DNA from: Burkholderiales bacterium
GTDB lineage: Bacteria > Patescibacteriota > Minisyncoccia > Phycocordibacterales > UBA9973
Direction: 5' to 3'
NCBI GenBank assembly: GCA_023701005.1
Contig: JAMPXW010000001.1
Location: 143,843 to 207,842, forward strand
DNA: 64,000 nt
Shown: in pieces, positions 10,101 to 19,120 of the stretch
Layout: every line of letters starts with the position of its first letter
Numbering within the stretch: the first letter of the stretch is position 1
Translations under genes and position numbers: made by a program
Notes under the pieces: generated by a model
What the model was told of the DNA's origin: nothing
The model's input: the letters and a program-made list of their open reading frames with translations, nothing else
Database searches by the model: none

Positions 10101-10381
10101 GTATTTTCAGAAAGACCTGAAATGTATTGTTGAATAGGAAATGTACCTTCAGTATTAAAATACTGTACTGGGGTTATTGTCCCGGCACCATTTGCTACTG
10201 TACTATAGCTAGTACTATAAGTAAAACGTGCATGAGTTGGAGGGGTTCCTGTGGTTACTGTCCCTGTCAAAGTAGCACTATTACAACTTGTTACAGTTTG
10301 AGCAGAAACGACATTTCCATTAGCAAAAATCCCTAAAAGGGTTACTGTTCCGACTATTAATAATTTTATTTTTGTACTCAT
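7187..10381 (-). CDS. Large cell-surface protein: signal peptide, FN3-like domain, three thrombospondin type-1 repeats, ~6 Ig/PKD-like ~90-aa repeats, DUF11-like domain, C-terminal TM anchor
   Basis: 1064 aa. Signal peptide MSTKIKLLIVGTVTLLGIFANGNVVSA. TSP1 units GGWSAWSDWS..CG.SG.QTRTR.C.NPTPA.GGAYCSGPST. Repeated T.SC.A...W.G....G.L...T.Y.ITC modules. C-terminal GWLLLILLVVLLVLAARKA. A perfect ~120-bp intragenic DNA repeat (about 8988-9105 and 9705-9825) encodes two identical TSP1 units. Confidence 0.75.
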   Translation of the reverse strand: MSTKIKLLIVGTVTLLGIFANGNVVSAQTVTSCNSATLTGTVTTGTPPTHARFTYSTSYSTVANGAGTITPVQYFNTEGTFPIQQYISGLSENTTYYFRLEVTNNYGTAYLNILNFTTSTCTVVNQPVNGGWSAWSDWSPKSTQCGYSGVQTRTRSCNNPTPAYGGAYCSGPSTETQTYTNSACLVPVNGGWSDWSTRDYACGTSGTQTRTCTNPTPANGGAYCSGPSTQSYTNPACVVNNPTVSLTVDGKSNTTITAGQSVNLAWNSSNADSCSASWMYGGGTTNGNQTVNPTSNTTYNITCYGGGKSTSASAIVYVTAIPSQMSGTLTGSSYCTIPLNGNGCNTTITWNTTNPKGISSVTSSYPYDGSTIANRNYGSQSVFIPFSSRNFYLYNNGELLDTKIITSSCASNTQWDGTKCANTVINQPINGGWSDWSTRDYACGTSGTQTRTCTNPTPANGGAYCSGPSTQTYTNPQCYSQNPTVSISADNTNVNYGNSTTLRWNSNNATSCVATSNNSNYWYGSVNLSGTWNTGMLTTPTTYTITCSGANNTSPAVSSVTVYVTNNNHDCSYYNNCNNYTQAPIINLSANSTYITSGSGAYLTWNPTNNPTYCTASNGGNNWAGSRSTYNGSFSTGALYYTTVYTMTCGNSAGSTTESVVININNQNYNNIYQPNVTLTADSTSVAYGGSTNIRWYPTNATSCYANSGSNGWAGTKSTYSNSFHTGALTNTTTYNITCSNNNGNADTKSVTVYVGNQNQPSGNDPYVSLNADEESLSYNGATYLRWTSQNATSCVASGGSTGWSGTKSIGPASFYTGSLTSGKTYKITCSNSYGYASDTVTIGVRGQTINNPKPAPTSLVLITSSVDRNQPIVPTIDNTRPKPGDEINYTVNYQNIGTGSITKLNLRMDLPYEVDYIFSNPNNPTRSGSTLIFNLGTLGANKEGTVTVRVRVRENIPAGTNLNFPAILSYTDPSGYTQSVSANVSAQVWSQPVVVEQPINTTEPIQLGALAFLFGNGFLPNNLIGWLLLILLVVLLVLAARKAYSNYNREVVFVADNSKKEHH

Positions 10382-10524
10382 ATATAATTATTTTTTAATT
10401 TTTTAATAATAAATTTTATTAATTGTTAAAGTAAAATACTTTTACTCTTCAAAGATATCAATTCATATTCATAGCTTTGAAGAGCAGAGAAGCGTTTGTT
10501 TTTAATAAACACTTCTCTGAAATT

Positions 10525-11283
10525 TTATAGACCAAACGAAAATCTAAATGCTGGAGTTGTTTGTCCTCCGGGTGGTGTGCCAGCGGGGGGTGTAACAACA
10601 GGAGGATTGTTTATTGTTGTGTAGTTGTTTGTTGTGTGCCTGTTATTGACTAACACCGCAACAACTATCCCTACAATAGTGACCCCTATTGCTATGTATC
10701 CAGTTGTAGAAGAACCATCTTCACCTTTTTCACCCTTAGCCCCATCATTGTAATCGATTCCTTTGATAGGGGTATAGCCATCTTTTCCTGGAGGTCCAGG
10801 GATTTGTAATTGGGAGAGCATTGAGAGGGGAATGAATTTTTCTTCTTCAGTTTTTTTGAAAACATTTGAAACAGGAACGCCGAAGGTCATGTTTCCACAA
10901 GATAGAGAAAACATAAATTCTGCTCTATTGTTATCAAAAAGCAAAATTTCACCTTTTTTTACGTCTCTGGTCCAATTGAAATCAACTGTTCCATCTTTAA
11001 ACACTCTTGAAAATTTTGCTGGTCCGATTGGCCCAGATATTTCGACCAGAGATCTGATATAATCTGCTAGGTCATTTTTATCTCTGATTTTTAATTCTGG
11101 CCAAGCATTTTGTACTGCTTGTACCAATTTTTCACAATCGATTCGCAAGATTGTCTTGTCGTTTTTTTCGATTGCAGTTGCATACTCCTCTTTTGTTATA
11201 GGGTGTTTTGTAAAAGCTTGCCCCTGTGCAAATAATAGAGAAGAGATGTTAAAAATGAGTAATAAAAATATGGTCTTTTTCAA
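10525..11283 (-). CDS. Secreted, membrane-anchored protein with a short collagen-like Gly-X-Y stretch and Pro/Thr-rich tail
   Basis: Signal peptide MKKTIFLLLIFNISSLLFAQG; GPPGKDGYTPIKG..DGAKGEKGEDG; TM IAIGVTIVGIVVAVLV; tail PPVVTPPAGTPPGGQTTP. Confidence 0.5.
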   Translation of the reverse strand: MKKTIFLLLIFNISSLLFAQGQAFTKHPITKEEYATAIEKNDKTILRIDCEKLVQAVQNAWPELKIRDKNDLADYIRSLVEISGPIGPAKFSRVFKDGTVDFNWTRDVKKGEILLFDNNRAEFMFSLSCGNMTFGVPVSNVFKKTEEEKFIPLSMLSQLQIPGPPGKDGYTPIKGIDYNDGAKGEKGEDGSSTTGYIAIGVTIVGIVVAVLVNNRHTTNNYTTINNPPVVTPPAGTPPGGQTTPAFRFSFGL

Positions 11284-11424
11284 TTTTTCACCTTTATTTT
11301 GTTTTTAGTTTTTGTACTTTTATCAGCCCTAAGCATAGCATTTTTATATAAAAAAGTCAAGAGCTAGATAAGTAATTCTTTTATTCTGACGTTGTAGCCT
11401 ATAAACAATTACAAATAGCAAAAA

Positions 11425-11889
11425 TTATTGGGCTGGAGTGTTTATTTTTGTTTGAGGTCTTATCTGAATAGACTTGGCTGTCATACTGCCATCGGAGTTT
11501 GTAATACCGGAAATAGATACCTGTGTTCCATTTGATAAATCTGCGAATGTTCCTGTCGCTGTCTTTGAGACAGAAGTATTTGTATCAAAAAAGATTATTT
11601 TAGAGCCGGCATTTTCTGTTGTTGCCTTTGGGTCTAGATTTATTATTTTTAATGTAATACTTTTATCATCTTTGGAAATAATTTCTCCATTAACAAATCC
11701 ACTATTTATATTTCTAATATTTTTACCTAAACCATTAGGTCCCATTTTATTTTGCATTCCTTCTCCATACATGCCGATGTTTTGAGTAGATTTTTTATTT
11801 TCTTTCCAATACATTCCAGAATAGAAAATTGCTGATAATAATAAAACTTCTAATACTATAAAAATGATTATTTTTGTATTTTTATTCAT
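11425..11889 (-). CDS. Hypothetical exported protein with N-terminal TM/signal anchor
   Basis: 154-aa ORF, N-terminal hydrophobic helix (IIIFIVLEVLLLSAIFY); last gene of the minus-strand efflux operon. Confidence 0.4.
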   Translation of the reverse strand: MNKNTKIIIFIVLEVLLLSAIFYSGMYWKENKKSTQNIGMYGEGMQNKMGPNGLGKNIRNINSGFVNGEIISKDDKSITLKIINLDPKATTENAGSKIIFFDTNTSVSKTATGTFADLSNGTQVSISGITNSDGSMTAKSIQIRPQTKINTPAQ

Positions 11890-11933
11890 ATCTTTTTAAT
11901 TTATATTAATAATAATTTTATATAAGACCATGT

Positions 11934-13157
11934 TTACTCATATCTCAACGCATCTATTGGATTTAATTTTGCTGCTTTTGCGGCTGGATAGTATCCAAAC
12001 AAAATACCAATTATCGCAGATACTCCAAAAGCAAGAAAAACAGAACTGATAGATACTTTCGTTGTTATTATTCCTAGTTTTGTTACAAGGAGAGAAATAA
12101 ACCAACCCAATATGACCCCAATGACTCCTCCTAAGAAGGTTATCATAACTGCTTCTAATAAAAATTGTCTACTGACGTCTTTTCTTTTTGCTCCTATTGC
12201 TTTTCTCAAACCTATTTCTCTTGTTCTTTCTGTGACGGTCGTCAACATCATATTCATGATACCGATACCTCCGACAAGAAGAGAGATACCTGCAATAGCG
12301 GCTAATAGGGTAGTGAAGGTACTCGTTACAGAAGAAGCTGTGGCTATTATATCTGCTTGGTTTAATGTAGAAAAGTCAGCTAATGTTGAATCAGTAATGT
12401 TGTGCCTTTCTAATAAAAGAGTGGTTATGTTTTCTTGTACCGCTGAAGTAGTTTCTGCACTTTCAGCTGATACAGAAATGGAGGATACATATTGGTCGCC
12501 AGAAAAATATCTTTGAGCAGTGCTTATTGGAATGTAAATGATGTCATCTAGGTTGCTGAATCCTGTGCCTCCTTTTGATTTTGTTATTCCTATTATTTTA
12601 AATTGCATATTGTTTATACGAATTGTTTGTCCCACAGCGTTGCCACCTTCTCCAAATAGATCATCTCGTACCGTCGGACCTACCACAGCTACTTTTGCCC
12701 CGCTTTCTACATTTTGATCTGTAATGAATGAACCTTCTTCAATTTCTAAATTTCTTACTTCCAGATAATTTGTAGTGATTCCGTTTACCGTAGTATTGGT
12801 ATTTGTTCCTTTGGCTGTCACTTGGTATCTTCCTGAAACTTCAGCCGTGACATTTTTTACCGAAGATACTTTTTCTTTTATAGCCTCAGAATCTTCTAAT
12901 GTTAAAGATTTTGCTGTGCCTCTTCCTCCGCTTACTTGCATTCCGACACCTCTTTGAGCCCCAGGCCTTATCGTGATCATATTTGAACCAATAGACTGGA
13001 TAGAATCAGTGATAGAACTTTGAGCACCATTACCTATAGCCGTCATCGCAATTACAGAACTTATTCCTATCACTATCCCGAGCATCGTGAGCCCAGACCT
13101 GATTTTGTTTGATGATAAAGCACTATATGTTTCTTCTAAAATATCTTTTATTTTCAT
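11934..13157 (-). CDS. ABC transporter permease, MacB/FtsX family (MacB periplasmic domain + FtsX 4-TM)
   Basis: 407 aa. N-terminal TM, then a large extracytoplasmic domain, then three C-terminal TMs with the ...RTREIG.RKA.GA....I..QFL.E FtsX signature. Confidence 0.8.
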   Translation of the reverse strand: MKIKDILEETYSALSSNKIRSGLTMLGIVIGISSVIAMTAIGNGAQSSITDSIQSIGSNMITIRPGAQRGVGMQVSGGRGTAKSLTLEDSEAIKEKVSSVKNVTAEVSGRYQVTAKGTNTNTTVNGITTNYLEVRNLEIEEGSFITDQNVESGAKVAVVGPTVRDDLFGEGGNAVGQTIRINNMQFKIIGITKSKGGTGFSNLDDIIYIPISTAQRYFSGDQYVSSISVSAESAETTSAVQENITTLLLERHNITDSTLADFSTLNQADIIATASSVTSTFTTLLAAIAGISLLVGGIGIMNMMLTTVTERTREIGLRKAIGAKRKDVSRQFLLEAVMITFLGGVIGVILGWFISLLVTKLGIITTKVSISSVFLAFGVSAIIGILFGYYPAAKAAKLNPIDALRYE

Positions 13158-13161
13158 AAAT

Positions 13162-13842
13162 TTATTTTTTTATATCACTTAAGATCATTCCATCTTTGAT
13201 ATGAATTATTCTGTCTGCGTGTTCAGCTACATCTTGTTCGTGTGTTATTAAAATAATAGTGCGACCCAGTTCACGATTTAATTTATGAAAAGTAGCTAAT
13301 ACTATTTCTCCAGTTTTTGAATCTAGATTGCCCGTAGGCTCATCGGCAAGGATTAGTGTCGGATTGTTTACTAGGGCTCTAGCTATAGCTACACGTTGGA
13401 TTTGTCCACCAGAGAGTTGATTTGATAAATGTCCGAAATGACTTTCTTCCAATCCAGCACCTAGTAGGGCATTTTTAGCACGTCTATCTCTTTCTTCTCC
13501 ATGGACACCTTCGTAGACAAGAGGCAAAGATACATTTCTTAATACAGTCGCACGAGGTAAAAGATTGAAAGCTTGAAATACGAAACCGATTTTATCTCGT
13601 CTTATGTCTGCAAGTTCATCATCAGAAAGGATAGAGACATCTTTTCCATCTAAAAGATATGTTCCAGAAGATGGGCTATCAAGAGCACCCAATATGTGCA
13701 TTAAAGTTGATTTGCCTGAACCAGACGGTCCCATTATTGCTACGTATTCTCCGTCTTTTATAGTAAAAGTTATTCCTTTAAGAGCTTTGAAATCTTCTGC
13801 TCCACTATTGTATGTTTTTGTAATATTTTTTATTTCTATCAT
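13162..13842 (-). CDS. ABC transporter ATP-binding protein (MacB/LolD-type)
   Basis: Walker [10 protein letters not shown], signature [15 protein letters not shown], Walker [13 protein letters not shown]-loop ITHE. Confidence 0.85.
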   Translation of the reverse strand: MIEIKNITKTYNSGAEDFKALKGITFTIKDGEYVAIMGPSGSGKSTLMHILGALDSPSSGTYLLDGKDVSILSDDELADIRRDKIGFVFQAFNLLPRATVLRNVSLPLVYEGVHGEERDRRAKNALLGAGLEESHFGHLSNQLSGGQIQRVAIARALVNNPTLILADEPTGNLDSKTGEIVLATFHKLNRELGRTIILITHEQDVAEHADRIIHIKDGMILSDIKK

Positions 13843-13843
13843 T

Positions 13844-15499
13844 TTATCTTGGAAAGTTTACCCCACCGCCAACTCCTTTTATGTTAGTCCCACCCAACAG
13901 GGAAGAACCTTGAGTAGTTTTTGTTGCGCTTGATGAAATTGTTGTTTTTAATACGATTTGATCTCCCTCTTTTAATCCAGAAATGATCTCGGTATTTATG
14001 TCATCAGAGATTCCAGTTTCGATTGTGATTTGATTTGGAGTTTCGCTCTGAGTAGAAAACATTAGTACATACTTTGTGTCAGAATTTGTTTTTATTGCGC
14101 TGGAAGGTATATAGAGTACGTCTGTTTTTGAATCAGTTATTATGGAGGCGGATACACTCATGCCAGGTTTTATTTGTTCATCATTTGTATCAAATGCTAT
14201 TTTTACACTGTATGATACGACTCCTTGAGAAACTGTCCCTACTGTATCTATTTCGGCGATTGTACCTGTCATAGATAGATCTTCTATTGCATCAAAAGTA
14301 ATGGTTGCCTTCTGTCCAAGTTTTATTTTTGCCACATCTACTTCATTCATAGATAATGTAGCTATTTTTTGATTTGTGATTATTGAGCCGAGCGACCCTG
14401 AGGCTGTATCTCCAATTTTGCCAATTACACTCGCTATCGTTCCATCAAATGGAGCGGTTACATAATAATCAGATAATTTATCTTTTGCGTCTTGTAATGA
14501 GTTTTCTTTTTGTTTTAAAGACAATTCAGAAGATTGAATATCTAGATCCGAGTTGTAAAATGCATCTTTGTAGTCTTTTATACTAGTCTTTATTGAGAGC
14601 AGATTTAATAAGTGATTATTTGTTTTAGAAGTATAGGTGCTTAAAGTATTTTTGTGTGTACTTATTATAGAAGGGATATCAAAATCATTCTCTTGCATTG
14701 AGTCATTAATGAAGTCTAAGTAGTTATTTGCTTTTTTTGTTACATCAGATATCAATTTTACTGTTTCGTATGTTTCTAATATCAAAGCTTCTATGTCTTT
14801 TTTATCAGACGTTCTAGATATTAATTTATAATTTTCATAATTTTTATCATAAACCAAGAGTACTTTATTGTATGAGTTCGTGAGATCAGCTTTGTATTCA
14901 CCAACTTTATCTCTGTCTTCTGTTGCCACCTTCCCCTCATACCAATCTATGTTCCATTGTCCTGAGCTTGGGCTTATTGTGCTTTTGAAAAACATACTAT
15001 TTAGTCCAGTCATTATTTCTGGGAGATCTAGAAAGACATTAGAAACATTGTTGAAACCATCATCATATGCTTTTGCTAAATCGGCGTTCATGTTTTCTTC
15101 AGAAAGCTGAGCTTTTAATTTGTTTAGAGATATTTTAGCTGATTCTAAACTTATTTGTGCATCTCTTACAGATTTTTGTGCGTCTTTGTTGTCGACTGAG
15201 AACAACACTGCTCCTCTTTTTACCTTATCTCCAGCTTTTACAGCGACATAGGTGATCGTATCGGATACATTTGCTTTTAGATCTATCTGATTTGAACTTT
15301 CTATCTGACCACTAGCAGAAACGGAAGATATTATTGTTCCTTTTTGTACTGTAGTCATTGTGTATTGTGTTTCTCCGTCAGTATTTATTATTTTTCCATA
15401 TATCCAATATCCTAAAACAAGAAGTATTATTAGTGTTAATATACTTATTTTTTTATGAGAAAAAATATATAATTTAATTTTTGTCAGATATTCTTTCAT
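13844..15499 (-). CDS. HlyD/MacA-family periplasmic adaptor (membrane fusion protein) with N-terminal TM anchor and long coiled-coil
   Basis: 551 aa. [17 protein letters not shown], biotinyl/lipoyl-like and beta-barrel segments flanking an extended coiled coil. Stop-start overlap with the downstream ATPase (operon). Confidence 0.7.
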   Translation of the reverse strand: MKEYLTKIKLYIFSHKKISILTLIILLVLGYWIYGKIINTDGETQYTMTTVQKGTIISSVSASGQIESSNQIDLKANVSDTITYVAVKAGDKVKRGAVLFSVDNKDAQKSVRDAQISLESAKISLNKLKAQLSEENMNADLAKAYDDGFNNVSNVFLDLPEIMTGLNSMFFKSTISPSSGQWNIDWYEGKVATEDRDKVGEYKADLTNSYNKVLLVYDKNYENYKLISRTSDKKDIEALILETYETVKLISDVTKKANNYLDFINDSMQENDFDIPSIISTHKNTLSTYTSKTNNHLLNLLSIKTSIKDYKDAFYNSDLDIQSSELSLKQKENSLQDAKDKLSDYYVTAPFDGTIASVIGKIGDTASGSLGSIITNQKIATLSMNEVDVAKIKLGQKATITFDAIEDLSMTGTIAEIDTVGTVSQGVVSYSVKIAFDTNDEQIKPGMSVSASIITDSKTDVLYIPSSAIKTNSDTKYVLMFSTQSETPNQITIETGISDDINTEIISGLKEGDQIVLKTTISSSATKTTQGSSLLGGTNIKGVGGGVNFPR

Positions 15500-15503
15500 C
15501 TTT

Positions 15504-16004
15504 TTATTTTATATTTCTAAAGCCTGGCATTAATTCCGGAGAAGGCATTACGCGGATAAGTTTTGCTTCTATTTGTCCCTCTTCATTAGGAGATCCGATG
15601 GTGACGATAAAATCATTTATTAAAAGGTCAGTAGATTTTATTTCAGACATCATTTTTTGTATTTTTGTGTCTTCTTTTACCAAGATTATTTTTTCTGTAT
15701 TGTCTTTGTCTTGCACTATTATGTTTGGTAATTCTATTTTTAAAATTTTTCCTATTGCACCATGAGAATTTGGAAAATTATCTTTTTCAAACATCATTTT
15801 ATTAGGTCTCATTCCAAAGTTGCGTTCATAATTTTCACCCCAAGCACGTCCAAAGGATGCTTTACGAAAACCTACAGATACTCCAGCTGAAAATATTAAT
15901 ATCGCGGTGATTATTAATCCTAGCGTTATCAAAAAAGCATTTGATACTTTTTTTTCAAAAATTTCTTTTAAAATCTTTTTTATTTGCTCGTATATATTTT
16001 TCAT
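15504..16004 (-). CDS. Hypothetical membrane-anchored protein
   Basis: 166 aa, single TM (FLITLGLIITAILIFSAGVSVGF); sits between the putative anti-sigma factor and the efflux adaptor. Confidence 0.4.
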   Translation of the reverse strand: MKNIYEQIKKILKEIFEKKVSNAFLITLGLIITAILIFSAGVSVGFRKASFGRAWGENYERNFGMRPNKMMFEKDNFPNSHGAIGKILKIELPNIIVQDKDNTEKIILVKEDTKIQKMMSEIKSTDLLINDFIVTIGSPNEEGQIEAKLIRVMPSPELMPGFRNIK

Positions 16005-16013
16005 ATTTTTATC

Positions 16014-16436
16014 TTAAAATGATAATGTTAAAGGCCCGACAGAGCTTAAATTGCTTCTAATAATTTGTTTTGTTGCATATTTGATTGATATGAATAATGT
16101 GAAGATCAGAGAAAGAGATAACACAATGCTTCCGGTAGGGATAGATTCAACAATAGAAAGAGTAAATTCTTTCCAGTAAGAGAGAACCAATCCACTATTG
16201 GAAAAAGCTAGAGATATATATTCAAAAATGCCCGATTGGCTTAAATCACTGGAAAGAATATTCCAGGCAGGGATGAAGCTTGCGAGAGATAAAATACCGA
16301 TAAAAGATGATATATAAAGTTTAATTCTAGATATTCTTTGCTCTCTTCTGTTTATATTGAACCAGATATCTTCGACTAAATTATCATTTTCTTTATATTT
16401 GGCTTTATTAAATATTTTTACTAATTCTTTTTCCAT
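16014..16436 (-). CDS. Putative anti-sigma factor / membrane protein (position-based)
   Basis: 140 aa with a cytoplasmic N-terminus and 2-3 TM helices, immediately downstream of the ECF sigma gene. Assignment by gene order only. Confidence 0.35.
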   Translation of the reverse strand: MEKELVKIFNKAKYKENDNLVEDIWFNINRREQRISRIKLYISSFIGILSLASFIPAWNILSSDLSQSGIFEYISLAFSNSGLVLSYWKEFTLSIVESIPTGSIVLSLSLIFTLFISIKYATKQIIRSNLSSVGPLTLSF

Positions 16437-16473
16437 ATATTATATATACGCAAAAGAATTGTTTTTGGTGCAT

Positions 16474-17031
16474 TTATTTAAACATATTTCTTAATTCGAG
16501 AAGAGCTCTACGATGTTGGCTTTTTACTGTGTTTAATGGTTTTTCTAAAATTTTACTTATCTCATCGAAGGTTAATTCTTCTTGATAGTGAAAAATCAAT
16601 ATAGTTCTCTTGCTTAATGAGAGTTTTTCTAATTTTTTGTTTAAAAGTTCTGAATCTTGTAGTTTTTGTAATATCTCATCAGGCAATAGACTTTCGTCAG
16701 TTATGTTTTCAGAAAAAGTTTCATCATTTTCATCGAGATCAGAAAATAGAATACTTTTCTTTTTTCGTAAGAAATCTGTCGTTGTGTTTTTTGCAATAGT
16801 GAAAATCCATGTTTTAAAACTGGATTTTTGTATGTCGTATTTATAAATATTTTTCCATACTTTTATAAAAGTTTCTTGGATTATGTCTGCTGTGTTTTCT
16901 TTAGTAACTAAACGCAGAGTAAAATTATAAACAGGGGAGTAGTATCTCTCTATTAGATATTTCAGCGCCATATCTTCGCCATCTTTATATATTTTTACCA
17001 ATTCTTCATCGGTTTTTTTACTGAAGGGCAT
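16474..17031 (-). CDS. ECF-family RNA polymerase sigma factor (sigma-70 regions 2 and 4)
   Basis: Region 2 (YSPVYNFTLRLV...DIIQETFIKVWKN...TWIFTIAKN) and region 4 HTH (LSKRTILIFHYQEELTFDEISKILEKPLNTVKSQHRRALLELR). Confidence 0.8.
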   Translation of the reverse strand: MPFSKKTDEELVKIYKDGEDMALKYLIERYYSPVYNFTLRLVTKENTADIIQETFIKVWKNIYKYDIQKSSFKTWIFTIAKNTTTDFLRKKKSILFSDLDENDETFSENITDESLLPDEILQKLQDSELLNKKLEKLSLSKRTILIFHYQEELTFDEISKILEKPLNTVKSQHRRALLELRNMFK

Positions 17032-17061
17032 ATCAATAAGTGTAGCATGATTTTTCAGAGT

Positions 17062-17110
17062 CTTTTAAAAAGACAAAATTTTAGCCGGTTTCAAATTTAT
17101 GAAACCGGCT
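17062..17110 (-). terminator. Hairpin terminator for the minus-strand gene 17115-17675 (agccggtttc...gaaaccggct)
   Basis: 9-bp stem at 17083-17110, followed on the minus strand by T-rich aaaattttgtcttttt. Confidence 0.45.
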
Positions 17111-17114
17111 TGGA

Positions 17115-17675
17115 TTAATTTTGTAAGATGTAATTATATTTTAAAACTGTTTTCCTTATTAATTTACAGTTTTTAACAATCCCATCAAAACTTTTTATTC
17201 GTTTTTCTTTTTTTAAGATAGAATTTGAATATGTTTCATGCTCTCCTATGTTGATACCTAGTTTGTTTAATGCTTCGAGGAGTTCGCTATATTCATCTCC
17301 TCTCATGTTTGATTCCAACATCCTGTCTTTTATTGATGTCGCGTATTGAACGAAACGATCTAGGGAATTTAAAAATCCTTGTTTAGTTAAAATTCTTAGT
17401 TCTTCAATTTGACTTACTAAAAATTTGTTTTCTGAGATTTCTTCACTAAACATTGCAAAGATTTCTTTGTTAATTTTTTCTATTTTAAGACGGATATTCT
17501 CTGTTTTTTTTACGTGAGAAATTATTTTCCATCTATTAGAAAACAAGGTTTCGTTAAATTTTTTTTCCGACTCTACGAATTTTTCGAGAAGAGTTTTAAT
17601 TTCGTTCTCTCTTTTCTGAAATTTTGTCATTTTTCTCCTTTTTAGATAAAAATTAAGACGCAAGTATAAACTCAC
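17115..17675 (-). CDS. Hypothetical cytoplasmic coiled-coil protein
   Basis: 186-aa ORF (alternative start MTKFQK at 17630); no motifs recognised. Confidence 0.4.
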   Translation of the reverse strand: MSLYLRLNFYLKRRKMTKFQKRENEIKTLLEKFVESEKKFNETLFSNRWKIISHVKKTENIRLKIEKINKEIFAMFSEEISENKFLVSQIEELRILTKQGFLNSLDRFVQYATSIKDRMLESNMRGDEYSELLEALNKLGINIGEHETYSNSILKKEKRIKSFDGIVKNCKLIRKTVLKYNYILQN

Positions 17676-17978
17676 GTCTTTTTTAAAAATTATTTATTTA
17701 GAATGAAATCAAAAGATTTCAATAATTTTTTTGTTTCAATTGTCGAGTCTATCGGCAATTTAGGGAATGTGTTTTGGAGATAATTTTTCATCTCCTTAAA
17801 AGAAATATTTTCTCTCTTTTTCTTCCCAAAAAATTTTATAAAAATTTTTTTTATCATATGAAACGACCTCCTTGTCGTTTTTATTTTGATGTACTAATTT
17901 TTTATTTATTCTATCTAAATGATAACACCTACAATGCATGTTTGTCAACAATTATGAAATTTAATTTGTGACCCCGGT

Positions 17979-18050
17979 AGGAATCGAACCTACATCATAA
18001 CTTCCGCAAAGTTACGTCCTATCCATTGAACGACGGGGCCTTTTGTTTGT
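17979..18050 (-). tRNA. tRNA-Arg (anticodon GCG)
   Basis: Cloverleaf readable by eye: acceptor GGCCCCG/CGGGGTC; D-loop AATGGATA with A20; anticodon loop TTGCGGA; T-arm GTAGG-TTCGATT-CCTAC; discriminator A. Confidence 0.7.
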
Positions 18051-18099
18051 CTAGATGTTAGACAATTGAAGGTTAACAGTTTTTAAGAAAAAATTCAAA

Positions 18100-18567
18100 T
18101 TAGAAATCTAAAAATTCCATTATCTTTTCAGATACGTGTTCTTTTATTTCTTCTTCTTTTACTTCATTGAAAGTCATAAAGTTGTGAACTTCTTCTACTA
18201 GGGTAGGATCTATCGGCATGGAGATTATAGGCATAAACAACCTTTCTGATTTTATGAATAAGGTAGGTTTGTCTGTATCTCTTTTAATCCAAAAAGCTTT
18301 TATATTTTTGTAAGGGAACAGTCTATTTCTTATTTTTAATCCTTTTTCATTAACTTCATAAAAAACCAAGTCTGGTTTTTTGATAGCAAATAAAGTAAGT
18401 AAAAAACCTCCGATTATTAAAAATAATCCAAAGAAATAATTTTTGTAAATGAAAGAAGTTATTGAACTTGCAACGACGATAACACCAAGAGCCCAGAACC
18501 AATCATTGCCTCGTTCTTTTTCTTCATATTCAAGCGCGGTCCATTCTAGTTTTCTATTTGGATCCAT
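18100..18567 (-). CDS. Small membrane protein with two N-terminal TM helices and a bacterial PH-like (bPH_2/DUF304-type) C-terminal domain
   Basis: WFWALGVIVVASSITSFIY / FFGLFLIIGGFLLTLFAI, then YEVNEKGLKIRNRLFPYKNIKAFW..TLFIKSE. Confidence 0.45.
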   Translation of the reverse strand: MDPNRKLEWTALEYEEKERGNDWFWALGVIVVASSITSFIYKNYFFGLFLIIGGFLLTLFAIKKPDLVFYEVNEKGLKIRNRLFPYKNIKAFWIKRDTDKPTLFIKSERLFMPIISMPIDPTLVEEVHNFMTFNEVKEEEIKEHVSEKIMEFLDF

Positions 18568-19120
18568 TAGTATAATTATACTAACCTTTAATATTTAATG
18601 CAAAAATATTGGAATTTTGTATTATTAATTTTTGTAGTGTTTGCCTTGGTAAACAAAGAATGCTAGATTGTTTTTATCGTTCTTTGACTTATGGGTACAA
18701 GAAATTGGATATGGAGAATCTGCCTGATATTATCTGTTTATGTTGATATTTAAACAGTATGTCTACTCAATTAAATTGAGTTTAGGGAACAGAGATTCTG
18801 ACTGTATACATAACAAGCACTATTTCTGCTTATGGAGCCATTGATAAATAGTGTGTATACTTACGATTAACTAATTTCTCGGGGCCAACAAATTAAACAG
18901 ATTAGTTGCCAATATTACAAAAAGAACTCTCGTTTATTTTAAACCATAGAGTTTGAAAAAAAACGGCAACAGAGAGCTCCTTTAAAAGGAGCTCTTACTA
19001 TTTATATATTTTGAGTTTTAAATATTTGCGGGTCACTCGGGTTCAGCACCAGGATGGTGAGACACTGTAAGGGTCGTTTGGGATAATTTTAGAGACTAAG
19101 CAGAGGGATGTGCGTCTATG

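Noticed and set aside
7697-10336. Several plus-strand ORFs (7697-7918, 9271-9498, 9851-10051, 10127-10336) and minus-strand ORFs in other frames (8116-8328, 8899-9093) inside the TSP1 surface-protein gene
   Set aside because: Shadow ORFs of a 3.2-kb repetitive gene. Cys/Thr-rich translations are a by-product of the opposite-strand codons.
18568-19120. tmRNA, RNase P RNA or SRP RNA in the 550-bp ORF-free region
   Set aside because: Searched both strands by eye for the tRNA-like T-arm and tag reading frame, GGAAAGUCCGG / AGGGUGAAA, and the GGAAGCAGC SRP motif. None present. A covariance-model scan would be decisive.
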